Shown piece after piece: positions 10,301 through 23,800 of a stretch of 64,000 bases of DNA. A model generated the notes under the pieces. That model did no database searches. It was not told the origin of the DNA and saw nothing but the letters and a program-made list of their open reading frames with translations. The position numbers and the translations under genes are program-made. Source of the stretch: Daphnia carinata (taxonomy: Eukaryota); NCBI RefSeq assembly GCF_022539665.2, contig NC_081331.1:12338001-12402000 (forward strand). The letters run 5' to 3'. Numbering within the stretch: position 1 is the first letter of the stretch; the number at the start of each line of letters is the position of its first letter.

Positions 10301-13300
10301 TGTTTGAAAATGATTTCTTCCGTGCGATCCGCAAACGGACGTGGACATCTTTGATCATTCGTCGCTTACATTTTCAATCTCTTTGGCTGACAATCTTGTC
10401 TCTAAAAAAAAAGAAAAAAAAAGAAAAAGATAAGGATAGATATACGACGTTGCTGTAGAGCCGTTTACAGCAGATGTTGCAAGACTTCGACTTAGTCTTT
10501 TATTGCGAAAGGTTCGCAATCTAAAGAGCTGACCATCAGAGTAAATTCCGTTTTTCTTTCCCCACTCATTTCACCGCGTAATGACGACGACCATTTCAGG
10601 AGTTATGAATGGTGGGAAAAACAACAGAACACGTTATCTCAACTTACAAATTCATGTCTGTTTAGATTTATTGTCTCTGTAATGTACATGTTTTTATTGC
10701 CACAATCGTCATGGCAAAAAGCGCCTGTCTTTTAAAGTCCATCTACTTGTAGGTCACTTCTCGGTTATGCTCGATGTCAGATCTGTTGTGACTCGATGAA
10801 TGCATTTATTGCACGCGTGTTCCATTGTAACCTGAGCGCACAGCCCAATAGATTGTTACCTACCTCCCCCCCCCCCCCAAAAAAAAAAAAAAATGTGTGC
10901 GTTAACCTATCGTCTTTTGTTTTTTGGTGATGATGAACTCGTTGATCAAATCTCGGACGAGCCAGTCCAGCATTTCTCATCTCATCCCGGTAGTGAAGTG
11001 TTTGGTTTTGTCTACTCAGTAGATGAATGGTTGGTTTTTGTGCGTTCCGGTTGAGTCATTTTTCGGGATATCTCTGCTGAAATATCATCCGTTTCACGGG
11101 ATGTTATCGTCGGGCTATAGATCTAAAATAATCGCCAAAGGACTCGGCAATCCTTCGAATTCCAATCCGACAGCACCGTGACATTCTCTTGCCTAACAGT
11201 TGTACACGAACCGCGCCACACAAATAACTGCCGCAAGCATTTCTATGGTTCAGTTGAATAGCCTTTTGCAAATTTGGCGTTACTACAAAGGTAGGCATTT
11301 ATGAAATTTTCGCGTGCAAGAAAGCTCTAGGATTTGATGGCCTCGCAATTGTCTTCAATTGATCTTTCCCTAGATTGTACAGCATTTATTTTCGACGTGT
11401 ATATGTGATTTGATGCGCTTGTCGAACACCCATAAATCGATTTCACTCAAACGTAACCATGAACTTGTACGTGAACCTTCTTTCCTCTTTTTTGTCCGTC
11501 AGCCCTGCAAAATGCAGAAACATCCTGAGGTGGTAGTACGGGTTATTAACCGCCTTTTTAAGGTATTTGTACCAAATGCTCTCTCTCTCTCTGTCTGTCC
11601 AGCCGACGAGGTAAAAAAAAATGTACGTAAATGTCTGAAAATGTCTGAATTTTTTTGGCGCGTCGCCAGTAAAAAACAACCATGTGAATATATATTTTTT
11701 TGAACATTACGAATGCAGCGGCATTGAACAAGATTGTACGATATAGCAGGGCATAGATGCACAAAGAGAAACCTTGTTTTTCGTAGTTGTCAAACATGCT
11801 TGCCACGTCATTTTTTTTTTTTATTTTTTACTTTGAGCAATGAAAAAGCGTGCCTTGACTTTGGCATGGAATGCTCGTTTTTATTATCAGTTCTATGATA
11901 CCAAATTCTCGCTAGAATTTTTGCTTATTTCGGATAACTCGTGTTTTCTTGTTGTTTTACAATGGTTGGCGTTGAAATATTCCACTACTTTGAATTGTTT
12001 CATCTTTTTTTTAAACTGAACGCCGAATTTTGTTATCGTTACCGGCTTACAATTCTAACCAGTTTATTCCTAAATATTACAAGGACTACCGGAAACAACA
12101 TTCGCGTTTTGCTTCTGCCTTTTTTTTTGCGTGTCTCTTGTTGACACATTCCTTACGTTGTCACGCTATTCGTGCTCAATGGTTTGTGTGTTCCTCATAG
12201 GTATAGAGACGCGTTTCATTCAGCGTTTTCGTCTATCCGCAACTCTATGGGTGGCGCTGTAACACTTGCCTCAATTCCCGCTCTGCCTTTTTTTTTTTTT
12301 TTTTTTAACTTGGAAAACGGTCGGTCGGGGCGCTGCGGGAGTCGCTACACATGCGAACAGCAGTCGGTTATAGTACAACCACTATCCCGCACGCTGATCC
12401 CACCCTACTCTGCCCTTCTCTTTCTCTTCTATGCTCGCTGACTCTTCAGTCTTGCGCTTGTTGTCGGCAACGCCGGCTGCGTGTTTTCCCGTGGGCGCTC
12501 GTTTTTTTTTTGTTGGCGATTTCTCTCTTCATTTCTTTTTCGAGTTACATCTCTTGTTCGTTTACATTTGTCTTGACGTGTATCCTCAATTCTATCCGCT
12601 TTTGTCGCTGGTTGAACGATACGGACAAAGAAAAAAGACATAACAATATCGTGATCGTTAAAAACTTTGAAAGCCGTTCCGTAAAAACAAAACAAAACCA
12701 TCCAGTGAAATTCCATATTTGCATGTTGTGTTCCGTGAGAAACGAAGCTTTTATTTCCCGCACAGGAATCTGCCATCAGATATAGATATACGAAGGTAAA
12801 TCTTCTGCGAAGACAGTGTCCTCCCAATCGTAGCTGTTAAAAGGTCGACGGACAGTTGCCGTTTGATTGCCATTTTAAAATATTAGCAGTAGATGAGTGG
12901 AGCAGAAAGAATGGAACGTAACTTGATGCTTTGCCCTCCATCTAAGGACGTAAAAAGTTGTTTTGATGATGATGGCCGGTGGTCGCTGTGAGCAGTGAAA
13001 TCTAAGCGGCAATCACGATGGTCGCTTGGTAAACGAGCGGGAAAATGGCGGGAGGGAGTGAAGAAAAAAAGCAAAAAAAAAGCAAAAAAATGAATGGATG
13101 TTATATGGAACCGGGCGTCAAGCTGGGTTGAGTGCAACACCTGCCAAAACAGCTATTTTTCTACATCCTACCGTGTTGGCCATCTTGCAGCCTCGGTTCG
13201 TAAACAAAAAAAGAAAGGAAAAAGAAAAGAATAAGTTATTGGTTGCTGCAAGGGGAAAAAAAAGGGGGGGGGGGAATCGTGTGTGATAAATCTGGTGATG

Positions 13301-13641
13301 ATAGTCAAGAGGGACCAGCTGGTTTTCTTATTCTTTTTTGCGTGCTTTTCACCAACTGCGGTATCAACAAAGATCCATTCGTTTTGTTTTTTCTGTGGGA
13401 TTACTTTTTGTTAAATTGCTTTTGTCCTTTTCGAAATCGCATTCTTGGGTGTTCAATTTTTAAGTATAACCAAATTATATTTTTTTTTCCTTAGCCTGTG
13501 CGTAATACGTTGATTGCCGTTTTTCTTTTTTTTTTTTTTTTTCTGATTTGCCATAAGTGAATTCAGATACCCCGCACGTTGGCGCTTTGTGGTATTTTCC
13601 CGTTTTTAACGTTTTCTTCTGTTTTTATTTTTTTTTTGCAG

Positions 13642-13690
13642 GAATCATCGCAGTTCGTGTTTTCTTTTGGAGCCGTTGTCACCGGTTGCG
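13642..13690 (+). other. Isolated 49-nt non-coding exon (probable 5' UTR exon of the adhesion GPCR)
   Basis: Long poly-pyrimidine tract + GCAG acceptor, GCG|GTAAGT donor; homologous exon at 57323-57375. Confidence 0.65.
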
Positions 13691-14780
13691 GTAAGTTTTT
13701 TTTTCCTTTTTTTATTCAATGTCACCTGATTTGAAGACCCTACTCACGTCATTTATGCCCAACAACGAACTGGAGGTTATTTATTTAATTTATTTATTTA
13801 TTTTTTAAACCTTTCATTTTTTTTTTTTTTTTTTGCTGCTGTTGTTGATCGTTACGTTTTATGCGAAAACGCCGATAAGAGCGCGTGTGGATTTTAAGAA
13901 AAGTATCGGCACTTTTGTGTGGGTGTCAAAACATGTCCTTCAAATGGGCTTGGCTGTAAAAACGGTCGGGAAATGTTTTTTTTTGTCCCTCTTTTATATA
14001 CGATCGTCAGACGTGTCCGTTCGTGGTTGGCCTGTCGCTGGTAATCAAGCGGATGGCCAATTATGTACAGCACTCCGGCTCGATTCTTTTTTTTTTTTTT
14101 TTAAAGTTGGCGGATTGATGGACAGCTGAAGTTATCCACCCTTGTCTGAAATGCAAAGGAAATCAAGCATAAAAATAGGAAGGGAGATAGATTTACAATC
14201 TGCCAACCTTGCTTTTTTTCAGCATATATGTTACATTTGGTTTACGCCAAAGTTGAGTAGGTTTTTTCCATCGAACAGAGAAAGTCCGAATGATTCCCAA
14301 TTGAATTTTTGCACAGTTGACGATTGACGTTCAAAACTCTTTTAACAGCCAAGAGGGTTAACACAATCCAGTAATAGCTTTTCGCGTTTGATGGCTCTTT
14401 TGTCGTCAACAACTTGATTTTTCATTTAGGGGACCTTTTTTCTTTTTTCTTTTTTTTTTGTGTGTGGTCCTTCTTTGAAGCGTAACGAAGTTGATTGGCT
14501 TGTAAATAGTAAAGAAAAATCGAAAACGATACAAGTTTTCCTACCAATTCGCTTACATCAACAAATCCATCCTTTGTAAGTAGGACAAACGTTGCCATCG
14601 CTTTGAATTACTGCTGACGTTCACGCGGTTAGAAAAAGAGAAAAAGAAAAAAAAAGGTCGAATTGAAAGAAAGTCAATTTGTTATTTCGTTCTTCTTTTT
14701 TTTTTTTCTCTCTTCTTCTATTTTCTTTTTGTTTGTTGGCATTTTATATGAAGCCGGAACGGCACCCGGGAAATGTTGTT

Positions 14781-14814
<34 letters not shown>

Positions 14815-17800
14815 AGACCTCGTTGGGTTCGTGTCTCATTCGTTTGGCGCCGGTCTGCCGCTATACAGTCGGATCCGAAACTTTTCGAGCGAGAGACGTG
14901 TGTACTATATACGGCTATAAGGCCCTCTAATAGTAATCGGACGTCTTTCATTTGTTTTCCTTCTTGCCACGAAGTATAAAGATTACGTTATTGTGATTGC
15001 GCCTTTTTTTTTGTTTTGCTGCAGTCGCGATGGAAAAACAATGGACGAGTCGTTGACTGACAGACTATCTGAGAAGTCGGCGTGCGTGACCGACCGTGTG
15101 TGACAGGCCAATGGCTGCATGACAGCGCCGTGCATCTGCTGAATGTGTGGCGCTTGTATTTTTTTTTTCTTTGGTGGTGGTGGTGGTGGGGGGGTCATGG
15201 GTGTGTTACACGCACACCCTTAACTCCGTTATCAGCCGACCGCGTCTTCTTTCTTTTTGTGCGCCTATCTTTTTTAAATTCTCGCTCATTTGATCACCTT
15301 GTCTTTCTCTTGTCATTCTCTTTCGTTTATTTTTCCTTTCTTTTCAAATCCCGCAATGCGGAATTTCATTAATATCGCATTTTTTTTTTCTTTTTTCCTT
15401 TTTATCTTTTTTTTTTTGTACCGGATATTTATTTTTGGAGAAATTTCCTGTAACACGCCAAGGCTGTATTCGTGCTCTATAATTACGAAGAAGGAGCTTA
15501 AAGGCTTTCTTGTATCATTGACCAGCGCGAGTAGCCTCTGGAGGATGTTTTTTTTTTGCTCAGCCCATCCATCTACTTCAACATCCGTGCGTCTAACGTC
15601 CCTTTTGGAAGACAAGAAGTCAAACAAGTCCACAAAGACGCTATAAAAGACCCCCTAAAGCCCACTCATTAGACCAGCAATTAGGTTCGATCTTTTTATT
15701 GGTTTAAGATTCAGTTTGCGTCTCCCGTCACGTCGGCTATTGGCTTTTTCTTTCTCTCCATCCCCAATCCGATACAAAACAACATCAGCTGCTGGTATAA
15801 TCCGCCTGTTGAGAACAAGAAAAAGACCCCGACTTGAGCAAGAGCGGGGGGAAAGGGTTGCCAACGTATCGGATATTTGAATCAACGGGCATCCGTCCAA
15901 AAAAAAAAAAAGATGCTTGGACGAAGCGAATGACGAAATGTCCGTTTCCACTTTTGGATGTTTTTTAGTCTATCTCCAGAGGCATCGGTGTAACAGATCT
16001 GCCGAATAATGGCGCGTTTCTCTCCGTTACAGGATGCTGTTGGTACTCTCTTTCGTTATCTAGCACCATCAGCATCTAGTTTAATGTCTGTAGAGTATGC
16101 TCATAGCTAATGTCAGAAAACGAAACGCAATCAAATCCATTCCATCCGAGACGTACCGGCATTTGAGAGAGACAGACAAACTGAGAGACGAGTAATGTTT
16201 GATTGCACGAAAATTCATGCGTTCTTTTCCCTTTTTTCTATTTTGTTTATTCCGAGTTTCTCACGCTCCCGCTACCGAGTTCTTTGAGCTAGTATGTTGA
16301 TTGCCATTTATTTTTTGTTTTCTTGTTGTTTTTCTGCATTGTTGGGGTTTGCTTATTTGGTTTGTTTGACTCAAGTTTCAACGGTGTGTTCGCGTGACTT
16401 AGATGAAAAAATAGAGGGGGGAAAGGAGCGACGGTGTTAGACAAAACATGTTTGTTTCGATGCGTCTTTTCAAAACTCTTGTCGCGGTTCCCGCTAACGT
16501 GTACGGCAGCATCTCAAAGTTTGTTCCAACTATTTAATTTTGGGCTGAAAAAGGGTCCCCCCTCGTAAAAGGAACGAAAACACGGAGCAAAACAGCAAGC
16601 AGTTAGGTGTTATCAGGCCGTTTGCACGGAATAAACAGGCCTCATCGATAAATGCGTTTTCGTGTTAAACAGTCACTTGCATTGAATAAAATAAAAACGT
16701 TGCGTCACACACTAGCGAGATAGCTGCAATATCAAACGCTGCGATGTTCGAAAGTCATAAAACGTGAAATGGGCGAAATTTGTACGAAGCGAAAAAGCCA
16801 ATCGAACGAGATGGGTTCGTGCGTTTCGTGTGGAGATGTCTCGTTTTTGTCGTGTACTTGCAATACATAGAGTCGAGCAAATAGCCTTTAGTCATGAAAG
16901 CTGATCTTTTCCCTGTTCTCTTGCGTCTGTTGTGTAACTTTGAAAAAAGAAAGAAAAACGCGTGTTTCGTGCAATAATTTTTTTTCGAATCGCCCTCTCT
17001 ATTCTATCCCCCCCCCCCCCTTTTTCGTACGGTGATGAACGGCTTGGCTCGACCTAATTGCGGAGGCGTAACGTAAGTCGAGAGAATCCTGGGCTCATAC
17101 TTGAAAGACATGCAGACGAATTTTTTTTTCCCCTCATTTTTCCCGCCTCCCTACTTTTGTCGTTCACTCACGGCCGTCACCGACTTGACGACGCCACAAG
17201 GTTGAAAAGCCTTGCCTCAGGTGCGTGCTCAAATTACCCTTTAATCCTATTAGCAGCGTAATACAATTGAAAAGAATATTTTTGTACAGTGAGAAATGAC
17301 GCGTATTTTTATGTATCTGGTTTCGCACGAAAAAAATCCAAACAGCAAAAGAAAAAAAAAGGCCTCACTTTCTACCAGTTTCTTTGTCCCTTTTTTTTTC
17401 TTCACGATTCTTCAGACTTCGATTGCCGCCGCGTCTGCCGCTTCACCAACTTGTAATTGAAGACTAATCACAAGGCAGAGCGTTAGTTTGGCCAAACGCA
17501 CATGCGATGTGTGGCGGCTGCATACCGTAGCCTCAGTTTTCGAAACAATTTTGAAAGGAAACATGGGAGGCCTCTTGTCCGCCCCATTTTCCATTTTTTT
17601 TTTTTTTTTTCTCTTTCCCAACAGCCAGACGAAATGACTGGTTTGCGTCGTCTTCCTACTCTTTCCTTGGCTATGTGATGATGACTACTTCGTGGTTCTT
17701 TACAATTTTGTTTTTTCTTGCGCACGGCCTCGAAGGCCAGACATCGGCTGCGGGGCGGTTTATTTTGGGCCGTGTTTGTAGATGTAACAAGCTGGCGTCG

Positions 17801-20800
17801 TTTTCAGTTAAAAGCAGGACAGTTGCAAAGAATGTGAGATTAAGCGAGCATCCTTTTTTTTTTTTAAATTTTTTTTATTCCCTTATTGTGGCTGTTGTTG
17901 TATTCTAGAGTTTAGGTAATCTCGACCATCAACGTAGGCACCGTCATTAGAGGGTCTTGACCATGGGCTAAGAATAACTAAAGAATCAATAAAACGTTAT
18001 ATGCATTATTTGAAAATTACCGAGCGCACCGATTACACACACACACCCTTCAAAATGCGCTGCCAAATTGGTTAGAATAGCGTGAGTGTTTTAAAACGAC
18101 GCCATCCGCCGTGTGACATCGATCCATTGCCATCTGTTTATCGACGCCGATCGTTGTCGCGTTAAGGCCTCTGTCATCCGCCTCAATGCTTTTCGAAAGG
18201 TTTCTCTTAAGGGGAAAACAAAAATGAAAACAAGCCAATTTTTTTTTTGGAACAGCCTTTATCCTCTTCAAAACTCTTGACACCTATAACCTTTTTGAGT
18301 GAATCCTTTCTTTTTGATTTGAAATTCTTTTCAAGTGAATCTTTAAAAAAAAAATAGATGGGAACACTGCTTCCCTCTATTCCTTGACTACGAATTTGAA
18401 TATTTTCGTTGGTGCGATTCAAAAGCAATCTCGTAACACCAAAAGTTCGATCGGGCGATTCATGATTTGAGTTAGGATGCCGTTAAAGAATCGGACCACC
18501 GTTGTATACGAGTAGTACAGATATCGATTGACAACGTATTGCTACGATCTTGAACCTTTCATCCGGCAAGGTCCCTCGTCCTATTTCAATCGGATTTTGT
18601 ATTGCCGTTAATCCCGCGCGTCTTGCTATCCGCTGATTACAATGTAGTTAGCTCGATATCGAGTCACCTCGAATACGAGAAAAAGAAATACCGCTGGCTT
18701 ACGAAGATGCCACGCCAAAAAAAACAACGCGACGCTAATAGAAAATTGGAGGATAGTTGTCTTTTATTTCTTTTGCGAAAGCAGGATGTATTATGAAGGT
18801 TTGCCATCGCTTCCAAAAAAACGTATCAGTTAGACTTCTCTGACGGAAATCGAATAAGAAAACGGATGATTGCACGCGATCGCCTCGTGATTGGCTCTAC
18901 TATTAAACCTCTCCGACGCCATCTAGATTTCTCTATGTTGGCTAAATGTGGCTTTTTTTTTTATCGAATGTCTTTTTATTGCGTTTGCCAAACAGGAATC
19001 AATGCTGGTCAATTTTTGATGACGTTTGATTGGTTTTTCTTGTATTCTTCAAAATGCGCTGCGTTATTTTTCAAGTGCTAGTTATTGGCATAATTTATTA
19101 GTTTTTGATTGTCCGCCTCGCGGAGCCTCGAGTGTGTTTTTTCACGACTGCATTTGATCGTCCCATGAGTTTCAATTGACTGCGACTCGTTGACGAACTT
19201 CTGCTAGGATTCACACGACCAATATCGATTGCCTTACCCCAAAACGGAAATACTGCCGATCCGCCTTTCCACTCTGATGTCGTCACTCCAGAAGAAGAAA
19301 AGAGAGGAAAGAAAAAAAAAATAAATAAAAAGGAGGTTGGCACATAGATGACGGGTCACGCAGTCGTGGCAGGAAGTGCGTTGTTCTCTCTTGTGACAGT
19401 AGCAGATCTGTTCTCTTGACATCTTATTCTTTCCCCTCCGTTGCGATTGTATGCTCTTTTCACTCTTTTATCAATGATCAAAATGAAATGGATACTGAAA
19501 ATGTAGGAATTGAATGAGGTGTCGACTGACTGGCCAGTGACCGCACCGATTCAGACCGACAACAGACATGTCGCTGACGCCTTAAACAAAACAACAGATT
19601 CATTGCTATTGAACTTTGACTTGCTCACGGTTGTACTGAATGTTAACGTGTCAATGAAATTGATTGTCCCACACCCGTGTTCCAAAGTTTGCATGGAGAT
19701 AGCTCTCAGAGAGGTTACGTCATTCGGCACCTTGCCTGCATTTCGGACGAGCACCGAGCCATGGCCCAGGGCTTCTCGTTACCGGAGGATAGTTTGGACC
19801 CATTTGCATCGTTACGAGACTCGTTTGTTTCGGATCGAAATTCGCCCCTCCATCCCCCCCCCCCCCCCCCCCCCTTTTTTTTTTTTTTTTTTTGGCAAAC
19901 AGATTTCACTGTATCCAGCTGGTAGCTCCGTTCATCCGTGACAGTTAATCCCGTCCTGGTGAAATGTAGTGCAAGTTTGCATCTCTCCATGCGTGCAGCG
20001 CCACCTTCTCGTTTTCGGTAGGATCGTCCATAATGATTCAATCGTTTCAGCGAAACTCGAGTTGTTCGTCCGAATATTATGCGCAAACGGTGTACATTAT
20101 TTCGCTACGTCACCCGGGCTGTTGGCTGAAATCTGTGCGCTTATGCTCTATCAAATTGACGGCTCATGATTTATAGATGGTCTGATCGCCATCAACGCGA
20201 CTGTGAAGAATAAGGCGACTGGGTTCGTTATGAAACATCTCGTTTTCTCTTTTTTTTCTCTCGCTCTCTCTCTCTTACGAACCAAACTAGATGCAGGATG
20301 GCAACGCATGTGGTTTTAACAGCCACAAGGCTTTTTGCTTTATCACCTGGCTCCAAAACGGAGAGACAAAACCGCAGCTCGACAGGGGCCTTATAGCATG
20401 AAGAGACCATAACCGCAGAGTGTAACGTATTATGTTCCACCATATAGAAAATGGATGGATTTTGACGGCGGTGGTAGCGCGGTGGTAGTTGGCGCGTCAA
20501 ACGAAACAGATGCACACATCCTGTCGACACTTTGCTACGCTGTGTTATGTGCCACTTCAAACTTGTGCAGGGAGAAATAAAAAATAAAGGAAAACAAATC
20601 GAAAATGGTGAGAAATTGGTAGACAAGCGTTGATGCATCGGGCGCAGTATCTGGATGTATATATATATATTTTAAAGAGACGCCAATAGCGTGAAATTCT
20701 CCGTCGGTGTAAAGGGAGCAAGGCCCGCTAGTCTCTGTTGAGATGGAGTGAGATGAATGACGATGACTTTGGGATTCGTGTGGCTTTTGCTTTCTGCATT

Positions 20801-23800
20801 GTCTTTTAATTCCCTCTCTTTTATTTTTTTTAATGAATTCTTTTCTTTTTGTTCTTTTTTTTTTATTTGATGCACACGGTTTTACGTGCCCCGTATTTTT
20901 TTTTTTCTATCGTGAACCGCTTTTATTGGAAAAGAGAGAGAAAATAAAATCATCTGCTAGCAATGTGATTGAGACGCCAACGAACTCAAGAAGACCTTGC
21001 TGGGTTGCCCACCCTCGCCTCTTTTTCTAGCGAGTAATGTTGCGGTTTCTTTTTATATCCCTTTTTTTTTTCTTCTCCAATTTTTTGAAGTTGCATCTTC
21101 CGTCATATTGGATGATGGATTCCTATCCGTCACGGGTATTGCGTAGGATATTATTTTTATTTATTTTATTTTTTTTTTTTTTTTTTTTTACTTGCTTGTA
21201 TTTCTTATTACCGCACTTCATTATTGTCTGTTCGTAGTTCGCCGGTACCGCGTGAATATATTGAATCATCAACTTGTCGCCACAACGTTCGCCGTGAGAG
21301 AGGTATCATTGTGTGGGGCGTGGGCGTTGCCAGTAATATCGAAGGTTTTTTTTTCTTTTTTAACGAACCGCATCTTGATGTATCGTTTGCGAGGTTGACA
21401 TGTTGGTCTTTAGTTGCGTCGTAGAAAGAAAAAAAAACAAAAGTACTTTTTTTTTGCGGTAATATTGATTTGTTTTCAGGGGTAGAGAAACGTAACCGCT
21501 GGAACGCAAGCCGTCCGTTGGGCACAGAAATCTATACGTGTAGGTAACTGGGTTTCGACTGACACACACAAAAAAAAAAGAAGAATGCCGAGAACAAGTT
21601 GTTCGATTGGAACCGGTTGAAAGCGGGTGGTATCGAGTCGCATTAATAATTTTGACATCATTTTGCGAAGAGATACTGATCTCCAGAACTACATGAATCG
21701 ATCCTTATCGATGTCGACAGTATGTTTCTGAAGAAATAAAAAAGCTCATGTTAGAAAGTACTTTGATTTGTTTTCACAACAAGCGCGTGAAAATCGTGTC
21801 ATACTTCTGTTCGGCGGCGACAGCTTTGACACTTCAAAAGAAGAAAGAATTATCGATCTTCAAAAATTTTGCGAGCTTTTGCGTCGTCGGAGTCTATGGG
21901 TGGGCTTCCATCTTTCCATTGATCGGTCCGTATATAATCGAAGAAGGACGTTATCTTGCGATATTGGACAGTGTTCGATGCCTAAAACAAGTCCAGATTT
22001 TTTTTTTTTTAATGCATAAAACGAGACTTGTTTATGTTGTTTTATCGGGTTGTCTTTTAACGGCTCGTAAAAAAACTGATCTATACACATCCGAGACGTA
22101 ACGAAAGCGCGCATTCTGGTGCGCGTCAATAATTATCTTTGGCTATTAATATCAACGGCGCAGTTGTTGATGGCGCGGTGCTGATTATAATCCCCAGCGT
22201 CTAGTCGGACCGCAAAAGATCGATCGGACGTTTCCGGTTTATGAAGGCATCGCTACGTCTTCTCGTGGGGAAGAAGAGGCATGGTGGCCTTTCCTGCCAT
22301 TATTTTTTAATCGTTTGATGTATGGCTTCAATTGCGTAGAAGCTATAGACCGTCCTATTAATATACCGAAATTACGAGCGCGTACGACCTTTACCTGTTT
22401 GGCCTACGGTAAAAAGACTACAGGTAATTCCGTAAACCTACAAACTATTGATATTTATGACCAACCATCGCGAAAAGTGAGCTTACCTTTTTAAAATCGT
22501 CGTAAGTTCTTTAAATTCTGGTTGTTGTTCCTATGGGAAATTTGACGACTTGGATCACTTGCCTCACCTATTCGATAAATCTCTTTGAGTTTCCCTTTCA
22601 GAAAGAGGTGTCGAGCCAATCTCAGCACTTTTGCGTTACACGTTCAGGAACCAAAGAAGGAGAGATGAAATCAATAACATTGAAATTGAACATTTCGATT
22701 GCTTTTCTACTCACTTCTGAATTGTTGCTTTGACTAGACAATATCTTTTTTATGACACAGCGCTGACCAATCCGTCTTGCCATAGAGTCGATCTACGCAC
22801 CTTATCCCCCCACTCATCCATCGCCTTTTGTCGCATCGAGTGTCGACTCTTGACGAATCAAACGGTCAGCGATGGATGAACGGTAGGGACGTGCCCATAT
22901 CGCATGATCGATTTCCCCTTTTTTCTATGGATGTATCCATCTTTTGTTTCAGTCTTCTCTTGCTCAAATATATCAAAAGGATTTCATAGTACTCGATCCC
23001 TGTTTCGAACTTCAAACTCAGTTGTACGCTTGTCACTAGTTCGATCATCAGTGTCAGTTCTCGAAACACATCGAGCAGGTCCTTGAAAGGCTCAAAATTC
23101 GACAAAAGCTGCCGTCCACAGTTGAGGGTTAAATGGACGTTTCCCTCAAAGTGAATGGACTTTGCTAAAAAAAAAAAAAAAAAAAAAGTCCATCATTGAT
23201 TTTCTAAGGACATCTAGAACTTTCATTTTATGCATTGCTTTGTTATCTCTATTCAACCGGTTCTCAAGTGCTTTACAAACGGATAAGTTTGGCCTGCCGT
23301 CATAACATTCTTGCATTTTTAACTTGAACGTTCTACGTTTGTTTGTCCAGTAGCTTGTGGGATTGAAATCTGGCTGGTCAACCTGTATGGCGATTCAATG
23401 GGCATTCTCTGAAGTAGTGCCACTGGGCAGTGAGTTGCGCTACAACAATAGCTGTATGTAAATAAACATCAGACGTACACAAACACAGGGCGAGAATGAC
23501 GACATGTGTCCACACAGTACGATCTTCATCATGTAACAAGCACATGTGCAATAAGGACGCAATTAGAACATCACTTTGGGCGCGCTAAAGCGAAAGGTTA
23601 GGCACTAAGTCTAGCAGAATTAGTAATCTAGACAAATAAGAGTATAATGTAATAACTTGTGCGCACGTTTCAAAAATTTTCAAAATGCGAAACCAGTCCA
23701 GCGTATATTTCTTTTCTTTTTTTTTTTTCTTTTTGTTATTATGAAGGGGTGCGCGGCTGGGCGGGTCACGAATGTAAGAGGAAGTAACTATACAATTAGT

